Shown here in pieces: positions 38,539 to 49,677 of a stretch of 64,000 nucleotides of DNA. The position numbers were made by a program, and so were the translations under genes. The stretch's first letter is position 1. Every line of letters starts with the position of its first letter. This DNA comes from Nitrospirota bacterium (GTDB lineage: Bacteria > Nitrospirota > Thermodesulfovibrionia > Thermodesulfovibrionales > JdFR-88): positions 11,050 through 75,049 of the forward strand of contig JAJYIR010000007.1 of NCBI GenBank assembly GCA_021789935.1, given 5' to 3'. The notes beneath the pieces were generated by a model that saw only the letters and a list, made by a program, of their open reading frames with translations, did no database searches and was not told the origin of the DNA.

Positions 38539-38653
38539 GAAAGGCCCCGTCTTTTCCACATTTCATGCGTTGATTATACCCGAATTTTATTTAAAAAAAT
38601 ATTGTGGCTCTCATGTTTTCAAAGAGGTTTTTAATTCAGGAGGGGGAGGGGGG

Positions 38654-39559
38654 TCAGGCCATCAGGCCCTTTTGCGCGGCCTCATCACCTTTTGCCGCCT
38701 TGATGAGGTATTTCCCGTACTCGGTTTTTTTAAGGGTATCGGCCATTTCAAGCAGGGCCTCTTTCGTTATCCAGCCTTTGGAGAAGGCGATCTCCTCTAT
38801 GCAGCCCACCATGTAGCCGGTCCTGGTCTCTATGGTGGCTATGAACTTGCTTGCCTCAAGGAAAGAGTCATGGGTGCCGGCGTCAAACCAGGCAAAACCC
38901 CTGCCGATAGGGCTCACATGAAGAGAGCCCTTTTGCAGATATTCCTCGTTTACGCTCGTTATCTCAAGTTCGCCGCGCGCGGAGGGTTTTACCCCCTGCG
39001 CTATTGCGGAACAATTTTTATCGAAGAAATAAAGGCCGGTCACGGCCCAGTTGGATTTCGGTTTTTTGGGCTTCTCCTCAACCGAGATGGCCACCCCTTT
39101 TGAATCGAACTCCACTATGCCGTATCTTTCCGGGTCCTGCACGTTGGAGGCGAACACATAGGCCCCGCCCTCTTTTTTCATCCCGCGCACGGTCTCTTTC
39201 AGAAGGGCGGGTAGTCCGTGGCCAAAGAAGATGTTGTCGCCGAGTATCAGGCAGACATCCTGCCCCTTAATGAACTCTTTTCCTATAAGAAGGGCCTCGG
39301 CAAGGCCGTTTGGCTTTTCCTGGACTGCATAGGAGAACTTCAGGCCCAGGCGCTCTCCTGTGCCGAATATGCCTTTAAAACTCTCTATGTCCCTTGGGCC
39401 GGTTATAAGGAGAATGTCCTTTATGCCCGCAAGCATCAGGATGGAGAGGGGGTAGTAGATCATGGGCTTGTTGTAGACGGGAAGCAGGTGCTTGTTCAGG
39501 CATATCGTGGCGGGGTAAAGCCTTGTCGCGCTGCCCCCCGCAAGTATTATCCCCTTCAT
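38654..39559 (-). CDS. rfbA: Glucose-1-phosphate thymidylyltransferase
   Basis: [32 protein letters not shown], and LGDNIFFG. Confidence 0.96.
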   Translation of the reverse strand: MKGIILAGGSATRLYPATICLNKHLLPVYNKPMIYYPLSILMLAGIKDILLITGPRDIESFKGIFGTGERLGLKFSYAVQEKPNGLAEALLIGKEFIKGQDVCLILGDNIFFGHGLPALLKETVRGMKKEGGAYVFASNVQDPERYGIVEFDSKGVAISVEEKPKKPKSNWAVTGLYFFDKNCSAIAQGVKPSARGELEITSVNEEYLQKGSLHVSPIGRGFAWFDAGTHDSFLEASKFIATIETRTGYMVGCIEEIAFSKGWITKEALLEMADTLKKTEYGKYLIKAAKGDEAAQKGLMA

Positions 39560-39709
39560 GGGTGATATTTTACACGGGCCATGGCTTTTTGTTCAATTGC
39601 CGGTTGCTTTTAATCGGCTTCTGGTGGAGGCCCAGCGGAAGGCAACCCGGACGTTGTAGAATCCCGGGGGTTGGTTAAGAAAGTTCCCTCTAAGCTATAA
39701 TCAATCATC

Positions 39710-41284
39710 ATGCCCAAAGGGCTTACCCCTCATCTTAAAACCGCCGTAAAGGGCAGCACGCTTGTCCTCGCCTCTGCCATTGGGAGCAACCTGCTCTGGT
39801 TTTTCATAAAGGTCCTCATAGTAAGGAACACCACCACTGCCGAGTTCGGCATTTACACACTGGTGCTAACAGTCGTAAGCATTCTTACCGCGGTTGCTCC
39901 CCTGGGTATACCGTCAGGGGTTACCAGGTTCGTCTCCATTTACCAGGGGGAGGGTAAAGTGGAAGAGGCGGACGGCATGTCAAGGGCGGGCGTGCAGATG
40001 ATGCTGGTGCTGGGGCTTGCGGCCTTCGTTTTTTTATATTTCCTGGCCGGCCCCATAGCTAGGGACTTTTTTTACACGCCCGGGCTTGCGGGACCCCTCA
40101 GGACAGTTTCTGTCGTGGTCCCCATCATGTTATATGCGAGTGCCGTGGCCAGTGTGCTGATCGGCCGTGGCCTGATCGGGCAAAAGTTTTTGGGCGACCT
40201 TCTGAGCCCTGTCTTATATGCGGGCCTGCTGGGTGCGGCAATTTTTCTTCAGATGCGCCTCACGGGCATACTGCATGCGTATGTAATTTCCAGCATACTG
40301 GTATATGGGCTTGTGGCGGCCTACGGGTTCTGGAAGCTGGGGGGCGCGCCGCTTTTGCCTAAACGCGGGCAGAGGCACTGGGAGCTTCTGAAGTTCTCCA
40401 CCCCGCTGACGATCTCGACTATAACGTCCCTGGTCCTCGTGTGGGCGGACACGCTTATGATAGGCAGGTACATAAACGCGCAGGCTGTGGGCACCTACGG
40501 GGTAAGCGTTTCCATGGTAAAGCTTCTCCTTTTCCCTCTTTCCGCGCTTAGTTTTGTCTTTCTGCCCATAGCGGGAGAGATATTTGCCAAAAAGCAGATG
40601 GGGGAGCTCCACAGGACTTACCAGGTGCTCACCAAGTGGGTCTTTGCTGCCACCCTGCCAATATTCTTCGTCCTCTTTTTTTTCCCGCAGATGAGCATAA
40701 CCGCCCTTTTCGGGTCGCGCTTCCCGGAAGCCGCACTGCCCCTCAGGCTCCTGGCCCTGGGCTTCATGATGCACACCTTCTTCGGCACAAACGGGATGCT
40801 CTTAGTGGTGATGGGCTTTCCGAAAACTATCATGAAGATATCCGTGGCGGCGGCGGCAGTGAACATTGCCCTGAACTATATCTTTTTAAAAAGCATGGGC
40901 ATGGGGATTGCCGGGGGGGCGCTGGCGACTATGATCTCCTATATCCTTATCAATATCATGTATTCGGTAAAGCTTTACCAGCACAGCCGGATGCACCCCT
41001 TTTCGGCCTCCTATCTTAAACCCGTTGCCGGGGCCGCAATATCGGGGCTTCTCATATACGTTGTCGCAAAGAGCCTGCCTCTTTCCCTCTGGATGCTTCC
41101 GGTCTACTTCGTGCTTTTTACCGCGGGCTATGTAGCGAGCCTCCTTCTGTCAAGGAGCATCGAGGAGGAGGACCTTTTTCTTCTGGAGCGGGTGCTTAAC
41201 AGGCTGGGAGCCAGGCCTGCGCCTGTATTGGCGTTTCTGGAGCGGTTCGCGCCAAAAATTGCAAAACCCGGCGTCGATGTGTGA
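39710..41284 (+). CDS. Wzx-type oligosaccharide flippase (MOP/polysaccharide biosynthesis protein family)
   Basis: A 524-aa polytopic protein (about 12-14 TM segments) with the typical N-terminal KGSTLVLASAIGSNLLWF. Glycan cluster context. Confidence 0.8.
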   Translation: MPKGLTPHLKTAVKGSTLVLASAIGSNLLWFFIKVLIVRNTTTAEFGIYTLVLTVVSILTAVAPLGIPSGVTRFVSIYQGEGKVEEADGMSRAGVQMMLVLGLAAFVFLYFLAGPIARDFFYTPGLAGPLRTVSVVVPIMLYASAVASVLIGRGLIGQKFLGDLLSPVLYAGLLGAAIFLQMRLTGILHAYVISSILVYGLVAAYGFWKLGGAPLLPKRGQRHWELLKFSTPLTISTITSLVLVWADTLMIGRYINAQAVGTYGVSVSMVKLLLFPLSALSFVFLPIAGEIFAKKQMGELHRTYQVLTKWVFAATLPIFFVLFFFPQMSITALFGSRFPEAALPLRLLALGFMMHTFFGTNGMLLVVMGFPKTIMKISVAAAAVNIALNYIFLKSMGMGIAGGALATMISYILINIMYSVKLYQHSRMHPFSASYLKPVAGAAISGLLIYVVAKSLPLSLWMLPVYFVLFTAGYVASLLLSRSIEEEDLFLLERVLNRLGARPAPVLAFLERFAPKIAKPGVDV

Positions 41285-41344
41285 TAATTTTCAATAAATC
41301 AAAACACTATGTTGCGACTTTGGATGAAAACCTCCAGGATATAA

Positions 41345-42016
41345 ATGATCAAAAATTATAAAGACAACCGGCTCTATAAATTCCTGTTGAAATGGCGGAT
41401 TAAGTACGAGCAGTTAAAGACCATTAAGGAATGGGGGAAAAATGGCAGACCCGTTCCGCCGCCGCACATTATAAAACAAAGGAACCTCATCCGCTATGCG
41501 GAAAAATATCAGTTGAAAATATTAGTTGAAACTGGAACTTATCGTGGCGATATGATCGAAGCCATGAAAGGCCATTTTGCCCATATTTATTCCATTGAAT
41601 TAGAAAAAGTTCTCTATGACAGGGCCAGGGAACGCTTTAAAAAGGAGAGCCATATAGAATTGATCCATGGTGACAGCGGAAGAGAACTCGGGAAGGTGAT
41701 AAACAAATTAAATCATCCCGCTCTGTTTTGGCTTGACGGCCACTACTCGGGCGGGGAGACAGCCATGGGAGAGAAAGAGACACCTATCTACGAGGAATTG
41801 CGCCACGTCCTTGCCGATTGCAGAAGCTATGTAATCATAATTGACGACGCTCGTCTCTTTGGAAGTGACCCCGCTTATCCGTCTTTGCCGGAACTTGAAG
41901 GTTTCATCAGGGCGATGAGACCGGAAATGAAAATATCTGTCGCTGACGACTCCATAAGGGTAGAACCTAACGGTCTTGCCGGTCCGGCAAGACCGGAGTA
42001 TATTCAAAAATTGTGA
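41345..42016 (+). CDS. Putative SAM-dependent methyltransferase-fold protein
   Basis: The motif-I-like KILVETGTYRGD, then IYSIE and LFWLDGHYSGGET. The family is recognised only loosely. AT-rich gene. Confidence 0.5.
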   Translation: MIKNYKDNRLYKFLLKWRIKYEQLKTIKEWGKNGRPVPPPHIIKQRNLIRYAEKYQLKILVETGTYRGDMIEAMKGHFAHIYSIELEKVLYDRARERFKKESHIELIHGDSGRELGKVINKLNHPALFWLDGHYSGGETAMGEKETPIYEELRHVLADCRSYVIIIDDARLFGSDPAYPSLPELEGFIRAMRPEMKISVADDSIRVEPNGLAGPARPEYIQKL

Positions 42017-42048
42017 ACCAGATCTAATTTTCCCGAAAGTTCAAGGTG

Positions 42049-42834
42049 ATGGACACTATGAATTTTGTTAGAAGGCTGGCAAATAAGTTGTCTGCTTTTC
42101 TTGGCTGGATTGAAATAAGGCCCCGGCGCACTTTTACAGCCCTCGCCGCGTTTAAACACTACCTGACCGATCTTAACGAATTTTCATCAAGAACAAACTG
42201 GAAGGTTTTAAAATATCCTTGCTTGTTTGATCTCAACCAGGAAGCCGGTTCTTGCGGCGAGTATTTTTTTCAGGATATTTATGTTGCAAAACGCATAATC
42301 GAACAAAACCCCGGGCGCCACATAGATGTGGGGTCGCGTGTGGATGGATTTATCGCGCACCTTGCGTGTGTTCGAAGGGTTGAGGTTTTGGATATCCGTC
42401 CCATGATTTCAACGGTTAATGAAATAGATTTTCACCAAGCCGATATAACGGGTATAAGCGCCGATTGGTTTGATGCGGCCGACTGCCTGAGCTGCCTTCA
42501 TGCTCTTGAACATTTTGGGCTTAACAGGTACGGGGACGGCATAGATCCGGATGGATGGAAGGCCGGTTTTCAAAATTTGCAAAAAATTTTAAAAAAAGGC
42601 GGGGTTTTGTGGCTGTCGGTCCCGGTTGGTAAGCAGCGGGTGGAGTTTAATGCGCACCGTGTATTTGACCCGCAGACAATTTATAACTTCGCTTCAGGTT
42701 TGGGACTGGCCCTGCAAGAGTTTGCTTATCTGGATAAAGGCAAAATCACTGTATCGTCCGACCATGAAAATGATTTCCGCCGCCTGGCCAATGCAAATTA
42801 CAATTTGGGTATTTTTAAATTTACCAAAGGGTAG
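42049..42834 (+). CDS. DUF268-like SAM-dependent methyltransferase-fold protein
   Basis: HIDVGSRVDGFIAHLA..., LSCLHALEHFGLNRYGDGIDPDGW, and VLWLSVPVG. Confidence 0.6.
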   Translation: MDTMNFVRRLANKLSAFLGWIEIRPRRTFTALAAFKHYLTDLNEFSSRTNWKVLKYPCLFDLNQEAGSCGEYFFQDIYVAKRIIEQNPGRHIDVGSRVDGFIAHLACVRRVEVLDIRPMISTVNEIDFHQADITGISADWFDAADCLSCLHALEHFGLNRYGDGIDPDGWKAGFQNLQKILKKGGVLWLSVPVGKQRVEFNAHRVFDPQTIYNFASGLGLALQEFAYLDKGKITVSSDHENDFRRLANANYNLGIFKFTKG

Positions 42835-42849
42835 ATTTATATAATTTCC

Positions 42850-43710
42850 ATGATAATTTTTTTCGAGAGCGGACGGCTGGGCAATCAACTTTTTCAGTAT
42901 TGCGCCCTTAAGAGATTCCAGAAAAAGGGCGCCATTTTTCTTGTCGGGATGCGGTCTTTAAAAGACACGTTCCAAGGTATCGAGGTTGCGGGCGGCACAA
43001 GGCTGGCATACGGCATAGAACGGATCGTTCGCCGGCTGGGGACCGGGCCGTTTGACACACTCGCAAGAAAATTGCGGTTGATCGGCTATATTAAAGAGCA
43101 CAGAACGCCGAATGGCTCCGAATTCAGGATAAATAATGGACTCCTTAAAAATATCCATTATTGCGGCGTATCATATTTCCATGCGGAAAACATGGTTGAT
43201 CATTCTATTGCCTCGAAACTGGAGCTGAAAACGGAGTTGCTGGAATATGCATCGAAAATCTTCAAAAAATTCCCCCGCGACAGGACAGAAACCTTTTTCG
43301 TTCATGTGCGAAGGGGTGATTACACGCATTGGCCCTCCCCTGACGCGCCCGCAGTTTTGCCGTTAAGGTGGTATCGGCAGCAAATGGAGACGATCAGGTC
43401 CAGATGTGTAAAACCGTTTTTCCTGGTAGTTTCGGATGACGGCCCTTATGCCGCCGAGATGTTCGGCAACAACCCGGACGTATTCGTATCCCACGAAAGC
43501 GAAGCTGTTGATTTGGCCCTGATGTCCTTGTGCAGCGGCGGTGGGGTCCTTTCCGCCAGTTCTTTTTCCTGGTGGGCCGCCTATTTTGCTCGCAGGGCAA
43601 ACAACGATGCGTTTTTCATAGCGCCATTGTATTGGATAGGGCACCCATCGGGGAGCTGGTTCCCGGAGGGCATCGAAACAAGCTGGTTGAATTATGCAGC
43701 TGTCGAGTGA
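42850..43710 (+). CDS. Alpha-1,2-fucosyltransferase (glycosyltransferase family 11)
   Basis: GRLGNQLFQY at the N-terminus and the HVRRGDY motif. The GDP-fucose genes gmd and fcl are in the same cluster. Confidence 0.82.
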   Translation: MIIFFESGRLGNQLFQYCALKRFQKKGAIFLVGMRSLKDTFQGIEVAGGTRLAYGIERIVRRLGTGPFDTLARKLRLIGYIKEHRTPNGSEFRINNGLLKNIHYCGVSYFHAENMVDHSIASKLELKTELLEYASKIFKKFPRDRTETFFVHVRRGDYTHWPSPDAPAVLPLRWYRQQMETIRSRCVKPFFLVVSDDGPYAAEMFGNNPDVFVSHESEAVDLALMSLCSGGGVLSASSFSWWAAYFARRANNDAFFIAPLYWIGHPSGSWFPEGIETSWLNYAAVE

Positions 43711-43808
43711 TTATTAGAACGATTACTTTTGAAACCCGCGAACCCCGGCGCCGATGTGTGACAAGGGATACGGCGGGCAATTATTGCGGAGTCAATGACG
43801 TGCGCGCT

Positions 43809-44591
43809 TTACGTTTTTTTCCGGCAAAAGAAAACCTTTCGATAATTCGTAGCCAACGGATGTTTTGAAAGCCTTGGCGGAAACAGCACATGTTTGCTTC
43901 TTATGTCCCGGGTAAAATCGGACTCGTTGACGGCAGTCACGGAAAAGCCTTTTCTTTCGACAATTTCTGAAAAATCATCCCCAAATATCCTCAGATGATC
44001 GTACTGCCCGAAATGCTTTGTCCTGTCTTCAGGCGTAATAATAGCCGGATCCTCATAGGTCACCGGAAGACTGTCTTTCTGCGGCACAGTAAAGATCGCA
44101 ACACCCTCTGGAGATAAAATCCTGCGAATTTCATCGAGGGCCTTTTGGTAGTCCGGCACATGCTCAAGTACATCGAAAGCAATTGCGATATTAAAGCTTT
44201 CATTTTTTACGGACGGCATATCGGACATATCCAGCTTGAGGTCGCAGTCTTGCCGGAAATAATCGGCCGTTACATAGTGTGCGGCCTTTTTCCGAATATT
44301 TGAACTGACTATATCTTCCGGTGCGAAATGCAGGATATTCCTGCCATGGATAAGCCTGTCAAAGGACAGGCCCTCAATGTTCTGCAGGGCCGCAAAAAAT
44401 AACCTTTGCCGTATGCCGGAACCGCACCCCGGGCAGTTTACCTGGTAGTGCCATGTATCACTTGTAAAGTGGCGCCCTTTCCACCCGCAAATATTACACT
44501 GGACATTCCTGGGAAAAGACAGGAAAACCAGCCTGGAGCCATCGATTATTTTCCATGCGAAACGCCGCGCGGTCTTGCCTGGCAAAGACAA
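43809..44591 (-). CDS. Class I SAM-dependent methyltransferase with N-terminal Cys4 zinc-ribbon
   Basis: CNICGW...CPGCGS, then ILHFAPE, and FDVLEHVPDYQKALDEIRRILSPEGVAIFTVP. Confidence 0.75.
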   Translation of the reverse strand: MSLPGKTARRFAWKIIDGSRLVFLSFPRNVQCNICGWKGRHFTSDTWHYQVNCPGCGSGIRQRLFFAALQNIEGLSFDRLIHGRNILHFAPEDIVSSNIRKKAAHYVTADYFRQDCDLKLDMSDMPSVKNESFNIAIAFDVLEHVPDYQKALDEIRRILSPEGVAIFTVPQKDSLPVTYEDPAIITPEDRTKHFGQYDHLRIFGDDFSEIVERKGFSVTAVNESDFTRDIRSKHVLFPPRLSKHPLATNYRKVFFCRKKT

Positions 44592-44826
44592 ATCTTCCCC
44601 CCTCCTTTAGCTTTAAACGAATCAGATGAATTTCCGTTTGGCCAACTTTCAAAGCTTAATATAGCACAACGGCAAAAAAAAGCATCGAGGAAGAGGACCA
44701 TTTCCTTCTTGGACGGTTCGCACCTAAAATTGCCAAATCCAGCGCTGATACGTGAAAATCCGGGGTTGTGTGGCAAGCGTAAACTGTTTACTGCCGTAAC
44801 AAAAAAGCATTAGCGCCGGGGCCGCG

Positions 44827-45642
44827 TCACGGCAGGATCAGCAGACGCGCCGAGGGACCGCGGAGCCGGCCGGGCAACCCTTCAATCACCGGGAAAAAGA
44901 ACTTCGATCGCCGCTCTATTTTACGGGCTGCGGCCGCTGAAACCGGCCCAACCTTTTCATAGGCCCGGCCATAAGCCACTTTTTCCCCTGGCAGCAGATT
45001 CATGGCCCGCATTGCTTTGTCCCACGACCATCGGAAGTGAAATGTAGATGGCAGATGGCAGCGGATGACGGGCCAAAAGCAATTGGCAATCACAAATTGG
45101 CCACCCACGCGTAAATGCCTGGCTGCATGTTCCGCCAGCAAAAGCGGATCTAAAACGTGCTCAAACACATCTGTGGCCACCAAAATATCATATTCCCCAG
45201 TGAACTCTGGGATGAAGCGTACATTCTTAGTTTTTGCGGTTAGTGAGACAGCCATATTATGAGGGTGGGGCTCTACGATATGCACTTCGGTCTCAGGACA
45301 GCATTCACCTATCATTCGTGACAGTGTACCGTAGCCCCCGCCGAAATCGGCAATGCGGCGAGGTTTACTCCGGGCGACATATGCGCTGAACTCCTGCCGG
45401 TTTTTCAGGGATTCGGTATGCTGTTCTATAAATAGGCCATTTAGCAGCCACACAGGATGTGAATAAAATTTGTTAATGCGCTCATCCACAATTTCCGGAT
45501 CACAACCGCATTCAATCCAGGCCTCATCCATCAAGGCCCACATGCGCTTTAGATCCGGAGCTTCCCGGTTATCCAGCACCCTTTCGAAATACGACCGCTC
45601 TGCGATGGAAAGATCACAGCTTATATTCATAAAAAATATCAT
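44827..45642 (-). CDS. Class I SAM-dependent methyltransferase
   Basis: IADFGGGYGTLS (motif I) and ATDVFEHVLDPLLLAEHAARHLRVGGQFVI. ATG 45630 is an alternative start. Confidence 0.72.
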   Translation of the reverse strand: MIFFMNISCDLSIAERSYFERVLDNREAPDLKRMWALMDEAWIECGCDPEIVDERINKFYSHPVWLLNGLFIEQHTESLKNRQEFSAYVARSKPRRIADFGGGYGTLSRMIGECCPETEVHIVEPHPHNMAVSLTAKTKNVRFIPEFTGEYDILVATDVFEHVLDPLLLAEHAARHLRVGGQFVIANCFWPVIRCHLPSTFHFRWSWDKAMRAMNLLPGEKVAYGRAYEKVGPVSAAAARKIERRSKFFFPVIEGLPGRLRGPSARLLILP

Positions 45643-45740
45643 CCGTGCAGGGTGCGCTTATATGTGCAACTATGACTAAGTCTATGAGACTGGTTTTTAC
45701 CAGCGCTTTTTTTTGCCTCATTGAATTTCCTCTTTATCCT

Positions 45741-46556
45741 TCAGAACTCCTTCGGGACGCCAGGATAGAAGATTCTCCTGTAAAGCTTTGCGATGAAGCT
45801 AAAACCTGTCTTTCTCAGGAAAAGCCCGGCTTTTTGCTCAAAAGGGATGAAAGATATCCTGTACAGATAGCCTCCGTAAACGCCTAACCTGTTATAGCCA
45901 TAATGCAGAGCGAGCCGCTTTTTTTCTCTCACACATTCATTTTGCTGCCGGTAGCTGAGCCCCCCCAGCCTCATTGCCGCAATAACGCGGTTGATATAAT
46001 GGAACTTCACTCCGTTTTTGATGTACCTCAGAAAAAGGTCATGGTCCATGGCAATGCGGTATGAGAGGTCAAAGACTCCGTGCCTGTCATAGATGGCCTT
46101 TCTCACAAACACTGTGGAGTGCAACACCGGTATCTCCCAGGCGGAGCTCGCGGGATTTTTTGGCGGGCTCACTATATAGGACGCTCCACCATCCACGTTC
46201 AGCATCCTGAGGTCGCCGTGCACCACGCCGATCCCGGGGGCCTCCGCAAAAGCCTTTACGGCGGCACTTATGGCCCCCGGCTCATAATAATCGTCGGAAT
46301 GTATTATGCCAACTATCTCTCCTGAAGCCATCCGGATGCCCTTGTTCATGGCATCGGCAATGCCCTTGTCCGGTTCTGATACCCACTTGGCTATTTTTTT
46401 TTCGTATTTTTTGATTATATCCAGGGTGCCATCGGTTGAGCCGCCGTCCACAATGATATATTCAATGTCCGGATAGTCCTGGCCAATTACGCTCTGGATT
46501 GTCTGCTCCAGATGTTTTTCGCTGTTGAAGGTAATGGTTATTATGGAGACGAGCAT
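45741..46556 (-). CDS. Glycosyltransferase family 2
   Basis: VSIITITFNSEKHLEQTIQSVIGQDYPDIEYIIVDGGSTDGT and HSDDYY (the DxD region). Confidence 0.9.
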   Translation of the reverse strand: MLVSIITITFNSEKHLEQTIQSVIGQDYPDIEYIIVDGGSTDGTLDIIKKYEKKIAKWVSEPDKGIADAMNKGIRMASGEIVGIIHSDDYYEPGAISAAVKAFAEAPGIGVVHGDLRMLNVDGGASYIVSPPKNPASSAWEIPVLHSTVFVRKAIYDRHGVFDLSYRIAMDHDLFLRYIKNGVKFHYINRVIAAMRLGGLSYRQQNECVREKKRLALHYGYNRLGVYGGYLYRISFIPFEQKAGLFLRKTGFSFIAKLYRRIFYPGVPKEF

Positions 46557-46562
46557 TGAATA

Positions 46563-47849
46563 TTATACTTTACGGTTTGGGCGATCACTCGTGATCGATT
46601 CGTATAACGTAAGGTAGCTCTTAGCCAGCACATCCATGGAGTAATCCTCAAGGGCTTTTTCCCTGGCGGCCTCTCCGAGGGCCTGCCTGCGCCGCTCGTC
46701 TTCGAGGACCCACTTTATGCCTTGGGCGAGGTCTTCGGAGTCCATATATTTTGCCAGAAAGCCGTTTTTCATGTGTTCCACCATATCGGGAACTCCGCCT
46801 ACGTCAAAGGCCGCCACGGGGGTGCCGCAGGCCATGGACTCCATTATCGTATTGGGCAGGTTATCCCCAAGGCTGGGGAGAACGAAAACGTCCGCACAAC
46901 TGTAAAGGACAGACATGGAAACCTCGTCCGAAAGGGCCCCGGCAAATACGGTTTCGAATGGAAACCTTTCGTTTCCTTTCGAATGGCCGGCCCCGAAAAT
47001 CAAAAGCATATAATCCTTTTGGCCTGAAGCAATTTCCTTTAAACGATTGATTGCCTCAAACAGGTAACGGAAACCTTTTCTCTTGTCGCTTGTGCCCCCG
47101 GCCGCTCCGAAGAGAATTATTTTTTTATCTTCTGGAAAATTGAAAACAGACCTCGCGGTGTTCTTTTCGGCGGGCTTGAACACGCCGGTATCCAAGCCGT
47201 TCGGGATGATTTGCACGGGGCGCCCTGATAAAAGCGCGCTGTCCTTAACGCGGTTGCCCAGCCAGCCCGACGGGGTAACTATGTGAAGATTTAAATCCGC
47301 ATACGCCCTTTTTTTCCGTCTGAAAACCTTTGCGGAAAGGTCTCCGGCTCTGGAGGAGCCGAGCTGCGGGCAGGCGCCGCATGCCGCCTTGTACTTCCCG
47401 CACTCACCGGCATAGTGGCAGCCACCAGTGAAGGCCCACATGTCATGAAGGGTCCAGACCACCGGCTTGCCTAGCTTGGCGAGGGAGGCGATATTGCCTA
47501 TGGACATGAAGCCGCCAGTGGTCCAGTGCAGATTGATGATGTCCGAGTTTTTCAACAGCGGGAAATTCATGCGCCTTCGAGCCCATGCCGGATGAAAAAG
47601 CGGTTCCTTGCGGGCATAGAACTTCAGGGGCAGTCTGTCCAGGTGGCCGGAATTTCTCGCTGCAAACATTCCTTTAAGGCTCTCTGGCCCGTGCACAGAG
47701 GGATCATCGCACGTCTTCATGTCCACGACCATCGCCGATTGTGCTCCGGCCTTGTTTAGCGCCATATGCAGGCGGAAAGCCGCTATTGCGGCCCCGCCCA
47801 GCTTGTCATATTTACTAAGGTGAGTTATATTCATGACCTGTTCCGGCAT
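46563..47849 (-). CDS. Glycosyltransferase family 4 (GT-B, GT1/GT4 type)
   Basis: C-terminal motif VLPSLGDNLPNTIMESMACGTPVAAFDVGGVPDMV (EX7E-type). ATG 47834 is an alternative start. Confidence 0.85.
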   Translation of the reverse strand: MPEQVMNITHLSKYDKLGGAAIAAFRLHMALNKAGAQSAMVVDMKTCDDPSVHGPESLKGMFAARNSGHLDRLPLKFYARKEPLFHPAWARRRMNFPLLKNSDIINLHWTTGGFMSIGNIASLAKLGKPVVWTLHDMWAFTGGCHYAGECGKYKAACGACPQLGSSRAGDLSAKVFRRKKRAYADLNLHIVTPSGWLGNRVKDSALLSGRPVQIIPNGLDTGVFKPAEKNTARSVFNFPEDKKIILFGAAGGTSDKRKGFRYLFEAINRLKEIASGQKDYMLLIFGAGHSKGNERFPFETVFAGALSDEVSMSVLYSCADVFVLPSLGDNLPNTIMESMACGTPVAAFDVGGVPDMVEHMKNGFLAKYMDSEDLAQGIKWVLEDERRRQALGEAAREKALEDYSMDVLAKSYLTLYESITSDRPNRKV

Positions 47850-47901
47850 GCTGAATTAATATATCCCAATCGTTACTTAATTATTACTTATGTCGGCAAA
47901 G

Positions 47902-48834
47902 TCATTTAATCCCGATTTTAACCAGGAAATTATACAAAATGCCTTTTAACTCCGAGGTAAATGTAGTATTTGGAAAAAGGTTTCTTTCAGTAAAAGTGTC
48001 AGCCTCTGAATCTCGCAGCAGAAAAGGCGGATGAATCAGCGGGAATTCCATGGGTTCGGTTTTCATGGCGGAAAATATGTTTTCCCCCTTCGTGTTAGTC
48101 GCGTATTCACCGAACCCAATATTGGATACTAGGTTTACGTTCGGCAAAATGGTTAAAGCCCCGTGCTGCCAGCAAGTAAAAGTCCACCTGTAATCCCAAT
48201 GGTTTCTTTTCCCTGTGTATATATCATTAAAAATTCCTGACCAATAACGGACTGCGCGCTTATCATCGAGGAAATCATGCAACCATCCGCCATCCCTGAT
48301 TTCCGGCCATGCTTTCATGCCTGCATCATAATTTTTCCAGGCGCGCCTCCATGTAGCCCAGCCCCATATATGGGTGTACCTGGAAAAATAATAACTGTAC
48401 GCGGTCCTTTTTCTGCCGAACCGGAAATTATCCCCGCTGAGCATGGCAACGCGCTCATCATCCCTGTATCGTTCCAGCAGTTCCTCACAGAAGCGGAAGA
48501 AGGTGGGGTGGGGGAAGCAGTCGTCCTCAAGAATGATTGCCTCTTCTACTTGATTAAAAACCCAGTCCAGCCCGCTTGGGAACCGGCGCGGGCCGCCTAT
48601 ATTCACGTCGGAAAAATTGGTCAGCACCTCGCAGTCCCAATCTACCCGGGTGATTATCGCACGTGCGGCGGCGCAGGCTTGGGCCTCACCCGGCTTGTCT
48701 TCCCTGGGGCCGTCGGCCACTACAAACAGCTTTGGAGGTTTTGCCTTAGCTATTTCAAGAAAGACCTTTTCGGTCGTATCAGGCCGCTTGAAAATAAAAA
48801 AGGCTACCGGGGTTTTGAGCTTCCAGTCACTCAT
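47902..48834 (-). CDS. GT-A fold glycosyltransferase (GT2-like, HlpA-like family)
   Basis: VAFFIFKRPDTTEKVF...LFVVADGPR...AIILEDDCFPHPTFF resembles sequences annotated as GT2-like / hemolytic protein HlpA-like. This is from memory. Confidence 0.6.
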   Translation of the reverse strand: MSDWKLKTPVAFFIFKRPDTTEKVFLEIAKAKPPKLFVVADGPREDKPGEAQACAAARAIITRVDWDCEVLTNFSDVNIGGPRRFPSGLDWVFNQVEEAIILEDDCFPHPTFFRFCEELLERYRDDERVAMLSGDNFRFGRKRTAYSYYFSRYTHIWGWATWRRAWKNYDAGMKAWPEIRDGGWLHDFLDDKRAVRYWSGIFNDIYTGKRNHWDYRWTFTCWQHGALTILPNVNLVSNIGFGEYATNTKGENIFSAMKTEPMEFPLIHPPFLLRDSEADTFTERNLFPNTTFTSELKGILYNFLVKIGIK

Positions 48835-48981
48835 CTTGTAGCCCTGCTGTAATAGTGCAGCCCTTGAATATCAAAATATTAGTCTTTTTCGCCAGAAGCC
48901 AATAACCTTTTTAGCCCTGAATCCTTTATAAAAAGAAGCATACCTTTGTTTCTGTAGAGTATATAATTCAAAGGGATTCTG

Positions 48982-49677
48982 TTATGGTTTAATCCCTCCT
49001 ATCGGGGAAATAGCATCAGAAAGCCTTTTGAACTTAAAATCCTTGAAAAACAGAGAGGTGCATAATGTATACGCGTTTATGGGACTGAAACCGCAAAAAT
49101 CCACCTGGTTAAAACCAGCCTCTCTCAACATCCTGCAAGACTCGGCGTTCCAGTCCGAATTGTCAAGGATGATCAGACTATTTTCTTTAAGGAATCCTGG
49201 GGCCAGCCTTGCACAATTTTCTCTGCCATAGCCCATATATCCGTCGATTACTATTACATCAAACTTTTTGCCCTGGTTAGAAATAGCATTTGTATATTCT
49301 TTGTCTTCAGCAAGAATGAGCTTCGAATTTGCCGGTTTGTTTTTACTTATCTTCTCAAACCATTCGCGGTTATGTTCCACGCTTGTAACATCCTTGCTTC
49401 TACCCGCCCAGAAAAGTGTCGAATTTCCCGACCCCCACTCAAAAACAGTCTTATCTGAATAATCGAATTGCTTGATATACTCAATGGCGGGATATGTATA
49501 CCAAGGTACCGGATTGCCGGCTTCATCAATTGAGGAATTTTTTCTTACGCTATTATATTGGCCGTAGTTTCTAGCCAGTATCTCAAAATTTCGCCACTGC
49601 ACCCCATAGCGCTTCGGAACGATTCCCCAAAAAATTGTCCATAACTGGTTTTTCACTGTATTAAATTTCTTGTTCAT
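48982..49677 (-). CDS. Hypothetical protein with Rossmann/methyltransferase-like motif
   Basis: VFEWGSGNSTLFW (motif-I-like) and VIVIDG. A strongly AT-rich gene (about 33% GC in hand-counted lines). Confidence 0.4.
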   Translation of the reverse strand: MNKKFNTVKNQLWTIFWGIVPKRYGVQWRNFEILARNYGQYNSVRKNSSIDEAGNPVPWYTYPAIEYIKQFDYSDKTVFEWGSGNSTLFWAGRSKDVTSVEHNREWFEKISKNKPANSKLILAEDKEYTNAISNQGKKFDVIVIDGYMGYGRENCARLAPGFLKENSLIILDNSDWNAESCRMLREAGFNQVDFCGFSPINAYTLCTSLFFKDFKFKRLSDAISPIGGIKP